Below are positions 12,001-18,565 of a stretch of 64,000 nucleotides of DNA, piece by piece. Under the pieces are notes generated by a model. That model ran no database searches and was not told the DNA's origin. It saw only the letters and a program-made list of their open reading frames with translations. This DNA comes from Ignavibacteria bacterium (GTDB lineage Bacteria; Bacteroidota; Ignavibacteria; Kapaibacteriales; UBA4661). Position 1 is the stretch's first letter, and each line of letters starts with the position of its first letter. Made by a program: the position numbers and the translations under genes. The stretch is taken from contig CANHDJ010000006.1 in assembly GCA_947459425.1 (NCBI GenBank), positions 19,008 through 83,007 on the forward strand. Reading direction: 5' to 3'.

Positions 12001-12439
12001 CCGAAAGTATTCGCATAGTAGCGCCGGGAGCTATGGTAATGTTCGCATTCCCACCAGCATCACTGCCCATTCCTGTAATTGTGAGTGTTTCACCAGCAGG
12101 AATGGTAATGACTCGTTGAAGTGTCGCCGCATTTATGCTCCTAACACCTGCGAGTGGAATCCCTGTGAAGGTTATTGGGGCGGTTGTTTCAGCTAAAAGC
12201 CCAAATGTTGCGTCATCGGCGGGTCCTGGGAATGTCCCGGTATTTACACCACTAAAAAAACCTACTGTTGACCAATTTGCAGGGTTTGTCCAAACATTGT
12301 CTGCCGGAGCGGAACGCCACCAATAGGTAATTGCCAGCGCCTGCCCGACGGTGCAAAATAATCCCACAATAACGATGAGAACGTATCGAAACAATGCTGT
12401 GCGTAAAACACGCGACCAATACGGCATGAGAGGTTGCAT
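1..12439 (-). CDS. Giant secreted surface protein gene, >4,100 codons, with its C-terminus beyond the window start. It has an N-terminal signal peptide, long beta-helix-like 'SGTAAKTT' repeat arrays, then LRR, Ig-like and ASH-like modules. As written, reading frame 2 terminates at 1733..1735 because of a -1/+1 frameshift pair. It is a paralog of 34151..47389.
   Basis: ATG at 12439..12437 opens 'MQPLMPYWSRVLRTALFRYVLIVIVGLFCTVGQALA', which has a signal-peptide n/h/c pattern. Minus-strand frame 2 (codon low coordinate = 2 mod 3) gives sensible protein at every point I sampled: near 12437, 8876, 5096, 3056, 2456, 2036, 1436, 836 and 2..61. No listed minus-strand ORF in 1..12440 lies in this frame; all are frame-1 or frame-0 shadows. 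Plus-strand 'ORFs' here are low-complexity mirror-frame artefacts. The 2036..1440 segment reads as 24-residue plant-type LRRs and matches the LRR-Ig-ASH block of 34151..47389. The ORF is absent from the supplied track. Confidence 0.72.
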   Translation of the reverse strand, partial: MQPLMPYWSRVLRTALFRYVLIVIVGLFCTVGQALAITYWWRSAPADNVWTNPANWSTVGFFSGVNTGTFPGPADDATFGLLAETTAPITFTGIPLAGVRSINAATLQRVITIPAGETLTITGMGSDAGGNANITIAPGATMRILSGATVQGAGGAFRWNIVGTLELVGTGAVISSGMGFYPGSTLLYSGTAAKTTGFELVDGNTNAIYATGFPGQVIVSNTGGVTLNVAAATTHRFSGLITINAGASFIANPSGAFPIFQHEGGITVNGTLRLQETMDLRAGVVGSLVNVNAGGRLQVQGQATASSATPATPSIVYAGATSILEFTNGAASTASFGTVGTNHLVPATMPGSIIHNSNTNLQLIGGARVIQGDFTVNVGAGLLNVDATTDINLQGNIALNAATIGGGGNTGARFTISGVAANTISGTLSGIGVTNLFGLTMNRATRTFTLGSSFTFDGGGLSVAAGTVALVNAGTLVNTGLGINSVAGTLDIGAGTTFKIRTGTNFANTGTVLVSNAGAGGTLECEGDNNPNTRITGAGTYSYAGTAAKLNYTGGSASGVWEAGSEFPSPMPGTVTVIKSGNSTLFITSTKSMTGPMIVQSGFCSVITAGGNLTLGAGSQVQNGATFQAANGSTVSGGANLTVQTGGKLQFVFTPKATWTGTPTYQTNGVLEYLGSPFTTGAELPATMAGNISIASSGSAATLGASTILNGNLLLAPTPNNGTFTIASPNILTLAGAGNSIGNGASLVVNAAPAECVITTGGDLTNNGTLLVNGTLTMNATGSYNVASTQSPTFAGSGVLQYTGANPSYTTGKEFVGSPSSISSLVINRSSPTDVVILQNGKILSVNATITQGVLQTSAVGTSLGHTIAGDLTVAANGRLRVQENSSIGVAGTTSYSAATARLEYAGTTLKSLTGGELPGTFGGSILVNNSGGVNAPASTVTVSGTSFDLTLGNWKIPAGGGLVLSAGTGILNGSATSYVEFAPGANLSNAFLTKNGVSATSIFDIGTSAGYRPITIIAPSAAANITLGASAASPTGSTDNAPFIGSLTSPGYWYVSAASACNAQVRVSHPSVTAASKFGSHLGVNAGGAYNDVTGVVAVPNITSNVYNLGVGTTFFAIGTGPAATSDIVAATGPIYTYTAPILLAQFGAAANLGGNVTATSISLFEFDVRDNGGDGLPTVLNTLNFTLNDASGQLEKIALYDGATELDEITAVNGALSFTGLTLSIANATTKRLALHCTFKSNVTDNANVGFTITGAVANAATSTFAAFPALASSVAGNNNRVSVVATTLSFPNAVGNQIVNTNFAPSVDVRAVDVNNNLDLDAAGTVTLTGAPIAVSAGGAVVLGAGLGIATFSGVQMSGTGTSTLTATLAALTGVSNSFMMNATPTYWGCTPPSTPPALPILGIGGRNMNFSNVGMALAPAAPVVGTVSMNVNPGTAINMSFDWNMTWGAPYCPGCVVQMYIGIEGGSGFAGDGSSATGFTQCIGTGVSNGSMGSVPIGTPITFNAPTKPGIYYITQNWTLHYYCNPHPVRFNNDPTNAIAVIRVVDPIPPSGGCDEADIIPTPAFVPPTNIPYATYTGAMSAAHPAVWSFRIRDFGSIPTQGDIDNKPSTITSLGVTVNDVGGVLQEIALYDGAGLIQTQPVVSAGTSLVTFSGIPAALRPSAPDNGTKDYIIRARFRTTPLVAPMDNRQVSFSINQANVVMDAAAVSTQKAAFAVAGPSSTAGNNNRVEVTATQLAFTTNPPATTPVGVPMASAVVVQAEDGNTNIDLDYVAPNVAVAHPSLIGTPVSVAPVAGVATLPIFTFNNLVAAGTLNASSGGLTAGTSNAFDIIPATFHFKLATGNANLNTNWQLAGFPLVSPASVGLPGATYIIGSVAQDPAAANITAPLTVNVGSAFQVSGSAGGSTLNVLAGQTLTNDGAVTIQGGGRLQLHDNGNIAPGSANPVTYAAATSVLEYTGGVIANRTTNDREFPALFAGSLVVSRSAGAADFLLDGSKTIAGTFSKNAAGGMVINGAQTLTLNGASIVAAGTFNFLNTAQLVANNTFTFSGGTMLGDNTANLTFNGGFTNSGGAVTLNNAATLTFNSATAFNGTSLTSNGTGAITVGAGGSFTMTGAAAVNLASTGAMTSNGAFNLNGGAFGVGVSALTLNGAINFGAGTLSSPMNFGTLRVLGTGAITGQMNNLSPGYALVEMNRMNATLSLASGSSLVTNTLLLTNGIIQTNNTADIVSVTNTLTAAGSATTYISGKLRRALLPAVLNNAGTFDFPIGKGGLYLPMRFQNVTANSAVVQAEAFNIGSGGMPGSAFSTVSSSEYWQTSLQGGAFTSGLVSLSRPTPMLPSSSVVGHSATQTGSYNGLGGAVSPPSVLSFSPVLSANRFFALGTLPNAFYYNSGAAQIPASWNSEENGTGAPAIDFLTPGTSFIVPTGRNALFTAAATFVPGIFVTVNGGGTLTVRTGSDTVAVNGIMRVSNGGTLAIADSSRFIAPSGVFYLGQTAQLFYDTPANRTATSSEFPATMLGSVRVSNGRLRLETNANIRDITIQGALTLQNSTLDFGKDSTRLRLEGAISFNPSQFATNLTHGLTIAGSGSITGAINFSTKSLGWLTMQRTGVAMTLGDSLTIGSQLSLFGGNIVPSLPGIVRLTNSADTALLGGSFSSFIGGTLARALPTNLTPVDARSHFYPIGKGSTYLPLTLLNATTGSVSPIVAAEAFAVGAGGGVALGVNGALSSSEHWRVELLSGNFGGAQVGVIRPNPPFAADNRLVVSNIKTGLYNGLGGALLPIAQGASLVGDAAQISGERFFAAVGPTLSGPSITGFSPSIGGEQTVMTITGTNLTGVNAIAIGGINVAGFQVLSSTTISVQIGTVGSGPIQIGSPSGGAASGSNFTFIPAPRIFGALPNPAGLGVPVTISGANFTGANFLSIGGVQIPPTGFTVDMAGNTITTTIPLNAANQIITIATLGGTAISTNALVLIPPPQIMSINPPLASTGQTITLFGQNFIGVQTVRFGSSTAQFTVNSPTRITLIVPARESTSATQVPISVRTGSGIATTATLFAYNPLPNGTPNGLDPVRIVVISEVRDKITTLGGRVRVTGANLELIQQIKLITSIGSTNASWLISSSAAITLIIPTTGLLNGTNATLSSAATSMDVLGVYNRVVVNDAFRVINVPRILSVTPPDAAGGEEITLTGTAMDLITSVTIGGTAATFRILDSSRVVVRVPFSFSPDSVRIPASGALAVQSVDGGASTAATIINAALAGGQPVITSFSPTNAVPGGEVIITGLNLTAVQDIEVGGIPVASFVINSSNRITAILSTAASRSAQGIISLRTVFGVVNSRTAIIFPSSLEGDTNAANALIALLGGDSRRLQFETQNNRITALRLSNAGLRGPIPPVISTLTELRELDLSNNLLDGQLPTTLATLRKLEVLNLSNNRFSGVLTPGIICQYRNLRFMDVSRNNLTGEIPVCITELDKIETLNLSFNRFTSLLPWQLGAMVSLRELRVSNNMLTGALPPEIGTGGARVTAKAARTTRAPIVEVIDVSHNAFTGGIPEEWGNIPMLRELRAENCGLTGRLPETILRWQGINILRLAKNRLSGEIPSFFAENLKEFSIDNNRFTGALPTSFAKAAGLQVLSALGNRLTRIPNLAPLGRLVSSRLDTVLLDSNQLEFSSLEAFTRVKSFSANGQDLPKASDDVLATVGDILEIPSAIGGTATRYQWFKNGNSLRGATAATLVLSNIQVQDVGTYFCRATNTLVSNLTLQTAPVRVSVTGAAQSVPAPRLIFPSAASTNIAPRPSFRWQASAGADSYTLVVARDVALRTDVQSVSISSPEQGDSVVLAFARSAGRGTLLERGVQYFWSVRASSQLSDLLASWSDTLSFRIAPFGQDIAFSSVNLGRVTIGDSARASGTIVNIGEDDVTVESAQVESGMANVFALNFTRTRLAKDATATFDVLFKPDRADTIRANVTVAYSDARGQGMRSVSIERALTGRGGAIFIEPLSFDSVRVGKTVLKILRVSNRSNQPQTLRAVRMLTARGNTTDSTFVIVDGDANSNRVIGAGESAFVQVRCATRTGGFKLGVVEADAGNDRVQGDIRAYSRLVRSDDAAVSFVAQASPKEAAPGAAVRVDVVINDYSPALAQRLLGAAQP
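1617..1805 (-). other. Compensating frameshift pair inside the LRR module of the giant gene. One base is missing near 1800/1801 and one T is extra in the run at 1619..1621. About 60 LRR codons between them read only in frame 0.
   Basis: Upstream, frame 2 reads '...VIDVSHNAFT'. The LRR consensus then needs 'ttc aca gGc ggt att cct' (FTGGIP), but the sequence reads 'ttcacagcggtattcct'. Frame 0 then reads 'GIPEEWGNIPMLRELRAENCGLTGRLPETILRWQGINILRLAKNRLSGEIPSFFAENLKE' with perfect 24-aa LRR periodicity. At 'gaaattttcg' the frame returns to 2 ('FSIDNNRFTGALP...'). Frame 2 hits TAA at 1733..1735 inside the shifted block. Confidence 0.7.
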
Positions 12440-12810
12440 AACAAAAAAACTCCAATAAAGAAAAACCCTAGATTTTATGCTGGGTTGATTGCGGAAAGAG
12501 AATCACCTGAACGGATTTCCCTAACAGAGAATATACAAAATTTCTATGGTGTGGACAAGTGACTAAAAGTCATAATTACAAAGAATTTAGCGGGTTGATA
12601 GGGGTTCTACAAGAATTTTGGGGCGAAACGACGTTTGCTTGGGGTGAAGTGCTATCCCGAAGTTGCCGAGGCAGTGAAAAAGCCGCATGGACGTATATTT
12701 GCCTTTTCCCAAGTGCAGATTCACGGAAAATTTTGTATTTTGAATGGACGATAACGCTCCCCATTTGCGCCTAAAGGGAGAGCCGAACAGACAATATTCT
12801 ATTCCCCACT

Positions 12811-13614
12811 ATGAACACTGATTCACCACTTTTCGGCGAAACCAAAGCCATTCAAGCACGAGCGCTCTATCTTGGAGAGCGCATAGAAACTCGTTCTTTG
12901 GAACAAACAAACCGTCTAGCCTTGTCCCCACTTGTCATTCCGGCAGGCGAAAACAGCTACATGGCAATTTTTCGCTACGGTGCCGTCGTTACGTTCAATG
13001 TCCTACCGCTCCAAGAAGCAACATTGCTGAAGTATGTTACTCCGTTTGTGCATGAACCCTTTGAAAAAATCGAACAAGAAACTCTTGAACTCCGCATTGG
13101 TGAACGCGAGCAGGTCGAAAATGGCGTGGCGACACTTCTCAGTTTTGCAGTAGAACGAATGCAAATCGTTGCCGATATTTTAGCGAAAAGCGTTGTTTTA
13201 GCGCACTACGAAAGTACGATTGCCTCAGCATTTGATTCCATCGAACCGATGGCGCACAGCATGAAAAAACGCAAACACCTCCGCACAAGTAGTGATGCGA
13301 CCCTGATGCAATTTGTGGGCGATATGCTTCTGATTCAGCATGAAATGGTTGGGCGTGTGGAAATTAGCGAAAAACCGGAGCTGCTCTGGGAAATGCCGGA
13401 GTTGTCGAGGCTCTATGGCAAGTTGGAGGATGAATTTGAATTAGTCGAGCGGCACAATAGTATTGAGCGGAAACTCATGCTTATCGCTCGGACGGTGGAA
13501 ACGGAAATGGATATTTTGCAAAATCAGCGCACACTCCGCATGGAATGGTATGTGGTGATATTGATTGCAGTGGAAATTTTGCTTTCGGCGTATGATATTT
13601 TTGTACGACATTGA
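12811..13614 (+). CDS. DUF155 / RMD1-family protein with a C-terminal transmembrane helix
   Basis: 267 aa. It carries an 'AIFRYGAVVTFNV' motif of the F-x-YG-x-VV-x-N type typical of DUF155, and a C-terminal hydrophobic helix 'WYVVILIAVEILLSAY'. Confidence 0.5.
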   Translation: MNTDSPLFGETKAIQARALYLGERIETRSLEQTNRLALSPLVIPAGENSYMAIFRYGAVVTFNVLPLQEATLLKYVTPFVHEPFEKIEQETLELRIGEREQVENGVATLLSFAVERMQIVADILAKSVVLAHYESTIASAFDSIEPMAHSMKKRKHLRTSSDATLMQFVGDMLLIQHEMVGRVEISEKPELLWEMPELSRLYGKLEDEFELVERHNSIERKLMLIARTVETEMDILQNQRTLRMEWYVVILIAVEILLSAYDIFVRH

Positions 13615-13624
13615 GACTTGTTTT

Positions 13625-14257
13625 ATGCCACACAACCGCCCACATCTTGCCTCAATCATCCATTGCGCTGCCGTATTTGCTGTACTGTGTGGTATTTGCT
13701 CTGGTTGCATCTTCGTTACGCGCCAACCGGAACCACCCGACACGCGCCGTTCCTCGTTCCAACCCCCAACCTCTGCCCAACTTGTGGTGAATAATTTCCA
13801 AGCCTCGTTACGGGAAAAAAACGTTGAAAATTACGTCCAATGCCTTGTTTCCGGCGATTCGGGCGCATCGGCACTTGCTTCACGGCGATATGTCTTTGAA
13901 CCATCGGCAGAAGCATCGGCAAGGTTTTCAGGTGTTTTTGCGGCATGGAATGTTGCCCGCGAGCGACAAGCATTTTTAGCACTCACATCAAAAATTTCCG
14001 CCCAATCCGCTCCAACACTACAACTAAGCAACGACCGTTTTGAATTTCTTTCGCCCGATTCTGCGGTTTTTGTCAGCGAGTACCGTCTTCGTCCAAACTA
14101 CCAACTCTCCGGCGCACCCGAAGAATTTGCCGGAACATTGCGCCTGACGATTTCTTCCTTTCCGAATGGTTTTTGGGCAATTAGCCGATGGAGCGACCAA
14201 ACAAGCGCTCAAACACTGCCGTCGTGGAGTATTTTGAAGGCGCAGTTTGCGAATTAA
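13625..14257 (+). CDS. Hypothetical exported protein; the N-terminal hydrophobic segment is Cys-rich
   Basis: The track ORF 13565..14257 overlaps the upstream gene. The ATG at 13625 gives 'MPHNRPHLASIIHCAAVFAVLCGICSGC...'. I recognise no family. Confidence 0.4.
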   Translation: MPHNRPHLASIIHCAAVFAVLCGICSGCIFVTRQPEPPDTRRSSFQPPTSAQLVVNNFQASLREKNVENYVQCLVSGDSGASALASRRYVFEPSAEASARFSGVFAAWNVARERQAFLALTSKISAQSAPTLQLSNDRFEFLSPDSAVFVSEYRLRPNYQLSGAPEEFAGTLRLTISSFPNGFWAISRWSDQTSAQTLPSWSILKAQFAN

Positions 14258-14339
14258 CACCACCTGTGACTTTTTTGCTTGGAAGCGTCTCTTACCGAGA
14301 GAAACGACCTGTTTTCCAACGCCATTTCATTTTGCTGCC

Positions 14340-14780
14340 ATGAAGACCCTTATTCTCGCTTGCCTACTCGGTGTGGTACTCACGTCGTCGGCTTGTACTC
14401 CACCGACACAGCAATCCGCCATTACACCTGCTTTTGATGAAAATCGTCTCTTCAAAACGTGGTATTTTGATTGGACGGCGACTGCTATTTTCAGCGATTC
14501 ACAAAAAAAATCCTACCGTGCCGAAGGCTATTCTCTGCCCCCTGCACGGGGTCGGACGGGGCTAAAATTTGAACCAAAGGGCAAGTACACCTATATCGGC
14601 ATAGCCCCAGCCGACGGAGAACTTCCCTTTGCGGGGTCGTGGAAGTGGATAACGCCAACGACAGTACGGGTGCAGCGCGAGGCGAAGTCTTTTCAAGGCG
14701 CATCGTGGGAAGCAGAAGAAGCATCACTCGAAATTCTTACGGTGAATGATTCTACACTGGTTGTACGCTGGCTTCCGTGA
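14340..14780 (+). CDS. Hypothetical small lipoprotein
   Basis: An internal ATG gives 'MKTLILACLLGVVLTSSAC', a signal peptide with a lipobox-like Cys. The track ORF 14247..14780 has a long non-hydrophobic leader. Confidence 0.45.
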   Translation: MKTLILACLLGVVLTSSACTPPTQQSAITPAFDENRLFKTWYFDWTATAIFSDSQKKSYRAEGYSLPPARGRTGLKFEPKGKYTYIGIAPADGELPFAGSWKWITPTTVRVQREAKSFQGASWEAEEASLEILTVNDSTLVVRWLP

Positions 14781-14835
14781 TTGGGTTTGGACACAAGTCT
14801 TTGGTTGCCTTCGACAAATTTTGTAATTTTGGGCA

Positions 14836-15237
14836 ATGGTATTTTCTCGTCGAAAGCGAGGAAATCCATTTCACTACTTTGAAACTTTTTTGGAGACCCC
14901 AATGACCTTAGACCAATTTGTTCCAGCACCAGAAACCTGCGTAAAGTTGAAGGACGCGGGCTATCCCAAGAAAACCTATTTTACATGGTGGCATGGCGTT
15001 AGCGTTGAAGAGTGGTGGCTTGACCCCCTCAAAGAGCTTCCCAAAGAAGAGGAAATCATCACCGCACCAGCTCCATCACTGCAAGAATTACTGAATGAAC
15101 TTCACGATGATTTTTTTGCACCTAATGACACACCATCATCAGTTGGCGAGAAGACGAAGCAAGTCTTGTCGCGGATTATTGTCGCAAAAAATCCTGCTGA
15201 GGAAGCCGCACAGGTGTGGCTGGAAAAACGTAAATAA
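14836..15237 (+). CDS. Hypothetical protein
   Basis: 133-aa ORF of acidic composition with no recognisable motif. The start could instead be the MTLDQF methionine at 14902. Confidence 0.35.
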   Translation: MVFSRRKRGNPFHYFETFLETPMTLDQFVPAPETCVKLKDAGYPKKTYFTWWHGVSVEEWWLDPLKELPKEEEIITAPAPSLQELLNELHDDFFAPNDTPSSVGEKTKQVLSRIIVAKNPAEEAAQVWLEKRK

Positions 15238-15280
15238 TCAGAAATTGTGATTGAAATTGAAGCATATCCAAGAGGGGTAA

Positions 15281-15345
15281 AAACGCTTTTTCCGGCTGGC
15301 GGCTGAGGTTGTCATAAAAAACAGCCGCCTGTCGGATCGGCGTAC
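15281..15345. repeat. Single copy of the intergenic repeat/hairpin family. The stem is ccggctggcggctg / cagccgcctgtcgg. It is related to the 25369..25568 and 47640..47925 elements and may act as the terminator of the upstream gene.
   Basis: 'aaaaacgctttttccggctggcggctgagg' aligns with 'aaaaactcttcccgtccggcggctgaagag' at 25376..25405. Imperfect 14-bp inverted arms flank a 16-nt A-rich loop. Confidence 0.45.
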
Positions 15346-15433
15346 GCAATTTTCACCCCCTACGCCTTCAAAGATACACCACACCGACAACCGAGAGTAA
15401 ACGACAAACCATTATCAACCGAATACTAGAGAG

Positions 15434-16312
15434 GTGTATACCTTGCAAGCCACTGCCAATCTTGTTTCCATCATCATTCCAAATTATAACAGCGAACGCT
15501 ACATCGAAGACACAGTGATTAGCGTATGTGCGCAAACGCATACTGAGTGGGAACTGCTGATCGTGGATGATTATTCAAGTGATGGCTCAATGGCAATACT
15601 AGAGCGCTTGGCGAAGGCGGATGCACGGATTCGGCTCATTCGGTTGGATGCGCCAAGTGGCGGACCCGCCCGACCGCGCAACGTCGGGCTGGATGCGGCA
15701 CGTGGCGACTATATTGCATTTTTGGATTCCGACGATGTTTGGCATCCTCAAAAACTTGAGATACAGCTTGCAACCTTACTTCAGCGGGGCGCGTCTTTTT
15801 GTTCGACGACGATAACCCGCTTTCAAACAACCGAAGAAATTTTACCGTTTCAGCAGACTCCCTTCAACATCGCAGAAACACTTGCTTCTATGACAGTGCA
15901 GGAAATTCCACACAGCGTCTTAATTAAGAAAAATATCATCCCAAATTCCAGCGTATTTCTCGAACGGAGATTACTCACAACAATACGTTTCAATGAGGAC
16001 AAGCGTTACAAGGCGATTGAGGATTTTGACTGCTGGCTCAGGGTTCTTCAGCAACACGGCGGTGTGTGCATCAAAATCAGCCCGACTCTGCTGTTCTATC
16101 GCGTGACCGAAACATCTATTTCCCACACCAAAACAGCGATGGTGCGCAAACACTGGATGTTGTATCAGGAATATCGTATTAACGGCAGACCGCTTGGACT
16201 TGAGAAAATCTGGTATATGTGGGTTTATTCTTTTAGCTCTATTACAAATTTGCTAGGCTTGCGCATCACGAATACACTTGACCACGTAACACCGACGACG
16301 AAATTGCCATAA
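15434..16312 (+). CDS. Family 2 glycosyltransferase
   Basis: GTG start. The N-terminus 'VSIIIPNYN' and the motifs 'DDYSSDGS' and 'FLDSDD' (DXD) are GT2 (GT-A fold) hallmarks. 292 aa. Confidence 0.8.
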   Translation: MYTLQATANLVSIIIPNYNSERYIEDTVISVCAQTHTEWELLIVDDYSSDGSMAILERLAKADARIRLIRLDAPSGGPARPRNVGLDAARGDYIAFLDSDDVWHPQKLEIQLATLLQRGASFCSTTITRFQTTEEILPFQQTPFNIAETLASMTVQEIPHSVLIKKNIIPNSSVFLERRLLTTIRFNEDKRYKAIEDFDCWLRVLQQHGGVCIKISPTLLFYRVTETSISHTKTAMVRKHWMLYQEYRINGRPLGLEKIWYMWVYSFSSITNLLGLRITNTLDHVTPTTKLP

Positions 16313-16541
16313 TAGGCATCCGAAGAATAAAACTCTTCGACAAACTTAGGATAAAGACCGCACCAACACTCATGTTGAGCTTATCGAAATATTCAACTAT
16401 CTACGCCCACAGCCTTATTATTGAGATACAAGAGGGCAAGCGTGTGGTATAGACGAGAAAATATAAAACTCAGATACCGCAAAAGACAGGCTTGCTACAC
16501 GAAGTTTAGCTATTTTTTCGAGCCGTTTTTTACCATGATAC

Positions 16542-16577
16542 GCCGCTTTGTTCCAACGAACAAAGCGGCTTTTTTTT
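16542..16577 (+). terminator. Rho-independent terminator-like hairpin, either the end of the GT2 transcript or an attenuator in the sigma-factor leader
   Basis: Stem gccgctttgtt / aacaaagcggc (11 bp perfect) with loop ccaacg, followed by TTTTTTT. Confidence 0.6.
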
Positions 16578-16654
16578 GCAATTGCAACAAAATTCTCTTT
16601 CCCGTGTTATTGCCGATATAGAGAAACAACACTATCGTTTTTTTCAACCATACT

Positions 16655-17224
16655 ATGCCAATGCCACAGCATACCGCCTTGTCCGACGAGGAATTATTTC
16701 GGCTATTGCAAAGCCCAGAGAAGCGCGAAGCAGCCTTCCGCGAACTCTACGCACGGCACAGCAAGCGTGTTCACGCCTACTGTGTGCGAGCAATCAGCAC
16801 ATCAGAACAAGAAGCCGAGGATATTTTTCAAGAAACCTTTGTACGATTTCACCATGCTGCACAAACAGAGCGCACAATGACCAATGTTCCGGCATATTTA
16901 CTGCGCATTGCACGGAATCTTTGCCTAAATCACAAACGCGACAATCGCCCGACGCTACTTTTGCGAGACGATGATTTGCCTAATACACCCCGTGAATACG
17001 GCACATCCGAACTTCTTAACCTCATCACCACAGCGCTCGAACTGCTCGACGACGACCACCGCGAGGCGTTTGTGCTACGCAAATATGATGGCTTGTCCTT
17101 TCAAGAAATTGCCGAGCTAACCAATATTACCGAAACAAACGCTCGCAGCCGCGTTCATCGCGCTCAGGCAAAAATCCGCTCTATACTTGCTCCGTACCTG
17201 ACGGATATCGAACAACATTTGTAA
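16655..17224 (+). CDS. RNA polymerase ECF-type sigma-70 factor
   Basis: 189 aa. Sigma-70 region 2 ('FRELYARHSKRVHAYCVRA...EDIFQETFV') and region 4 HTH ('YDGLSFQEIAELTNITETNARSRVHRAQAKIR'). Confidence 0.85.
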   Translation: MPMPQHTALSDEELFRLLQSPEKREAAFRELYARHSKRVHAYCVRAISTSEQEAEDIFQETFVRFHHAAQTERTMTNVPAYLLRIARNLCLNHKRDNRPTLLLRDDDLPNTPREYGTSELLNLITTALELLDDDHREAFVLRKYDGLSFQEIAELTNITETNARSRVHRAQAKIRSILAPYLTDIEQHL

Positions 17225-17250
17225 TCATCACGCATTTATCCTTATACATC

Positions 17251-18537
17251 ATGCACTACGAACATTCTTCCGACCATTTTACCGAACTACTCTACGATTT
17301 TCTGGACGGAGCGCTTCCGCAAGAAAACGAAATGAGTCTTTTTGCAGCGCTTACGCACGATGCAGAACTTCGCAACGAATTCAAAGAGCAGCTCCGTATC
17401 AATACCGCCATTGCGGAGGACGAACACGCCTTCACACCGCCCGCAGCCTCCGGCGAAGCAATTTTTGCACGACTGGGCTTTGCCACGGCAGAAGATTCCG
17501 TCGCTGCCGCACCAATTCTCGCCTCGCCAACACTTGTTTCCTCAGCAATCGCAGAACCAACACTGGCGGCTCGCGCCGGAATTGCCGTGCGGCGCAGTGC
17601 GGCACTTGTGCTGGTGGCACTGTTGTCATCCCTCCTTACAGCGTGGTTTATGCGTACAGATGGAAGTGTCAACGGTGGCTCTGCATTGAACAATAACAGT
17701 TTCTGGGGCGGATTGCTCAATGGCACTAGCAGTGCTGGAAATGGAAGCGCCGGAACACCAGCAATGTACGGCTCTTCTCTTGGAACATCCCCGCGCCCGT
17801 TTGTCCTTGCCGATACTGTTGTTCAAACGGTCATCCAGCGTGTCGTGGTCATGCAATCGCCCGCAATATCAAGCCTGAGCGATACCCACGATGCCCAAGC
17901 AATCCCGATACTAGCGCAAGAGGGTTTCTCTAGCATCGCCGAGCCAGAATCAGCTATTACTTCTATCACAACACCTCGTCCGGTAACGATGCCAGATTCG
18001 GCAAAGCCCTCTGTTGCAGCGCCTTTGGAGCGCACCGCACCGCCAGAGGCAGCACCGCTTTTCGGTCTTACCGTTGGCGCACGAGGCATGGTATCGCGCT
18101 CCCTTATTTGGGCGAATGTTCCGGCAAAAGAAACCTTCCCCACCAATGCAGCGTTGTATGCGCTTTACAGCCTTTCTGCACAACACAGCATCGGTGTTGA
18201 GTTTGGGCAAGAATCGTTTTTCCAACGGTATTATTTCACCAATCCGCAAGGCATTGAGTTTCGTGTAGAGCAGCACCCGACCTTGATTTGGGGCGGCGTG
18301 GCGTATCGCTACACCATGCTTCCCGAAAGTACGTTCACGCCCTTTGCACACGTAGTCGCGGGCGCAACGCAGATAGGCGCTCTGGGGCGCGGGATGGTGG
18401 GTGTGAGCTATGCGCCGGACGCACGAACACAGTTCCATCTGGGCGCTGAAGCAAGCAGCCTCTTCTATCAAAGCGACGGCGCGTGGTTTGCGAGTCCGAA
18501 ACTTGGCGTAAGCTATGGTGTTTCTCTGAAATTCTAA
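17251..18537 (+). CDS. Anti-sigma factor with N-terminal anti-sigma domain, one transmembrane helix, and a C-terminal outer-membrane beta-barrel-like domain
   Basis: It lies 26 bp downstream of the ECF sigma gene. The N-terminus 'LLYDFLDGALPQENEMSLFAALTHDAELRNEF' is anti-sigma-like. A TM helix 'AALVLVALLSSLLTAWFM' sits around 17599..17652. The last ~155 aa have alternating amphipathic beta strands and end '...KLGVSYGVSLKF', with a terminal Phe as in OMP barrels. Confidence 0.6.
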   Translation: MHYEHSSDHFTELLYDFLDGALPQENEMSLFAALTHDAELRNEFKEQLRINTAIAEDEHAFTPPAASGEAIFARLGFATAEDSVAAAPILASPTLVSSAIAEPTLAARAGIAVRRSAALVLVALLSSLLTAWFMRTDGSVNGGSALNNNSFWGGLLNGTSSAGNGSAGTPAMYGSSLGTSPRPFVLADTVVQTVIQRVVVMQSPAISSLSDTHDAQAIPILAQEGFSSIAEPESAITSITTPRPVTMPDSAKPSVAAPLERTAPPEAAPLFGLTVGARGMVSRSLIWANVPAKETFPTNAALYALYSLSAQHSIGVEFGQESFFQRYYFTNPQGIEFRVEQHPTLIWGGVAYRYTMLPESTFTPFAHVVAGATQIGALGRGMVGVSYAPDARTQFHLGAEASSLFYQSDGAWFASPKLGVSYGVSLKF

Positions 18538-18565
18538 ATCTTTTTCACGTTTTTTCTTTAAAACT

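Noticed and set aside
51-12326. Dozens of plus-strand ORFs of 60 to 290 aa listed in the track across 51..12326
   Set aside because: Their translations are low-complexity (Ala/Pro/Thr/Val-rich) mirror images of the minus-strand giant gene, which reads as coherent repeat protein in a single frame. They are shadow ORFs.
12559-12774. Small ORFs 12559..12774 (+) and 12576..12764 (-) in the divergent promoter region
   Set aside because: They lie in the 370-bp spacer between two divergent gene starts, have no conserved features, and overlap each other on opposite strands. The region is more plausibly a promoter.
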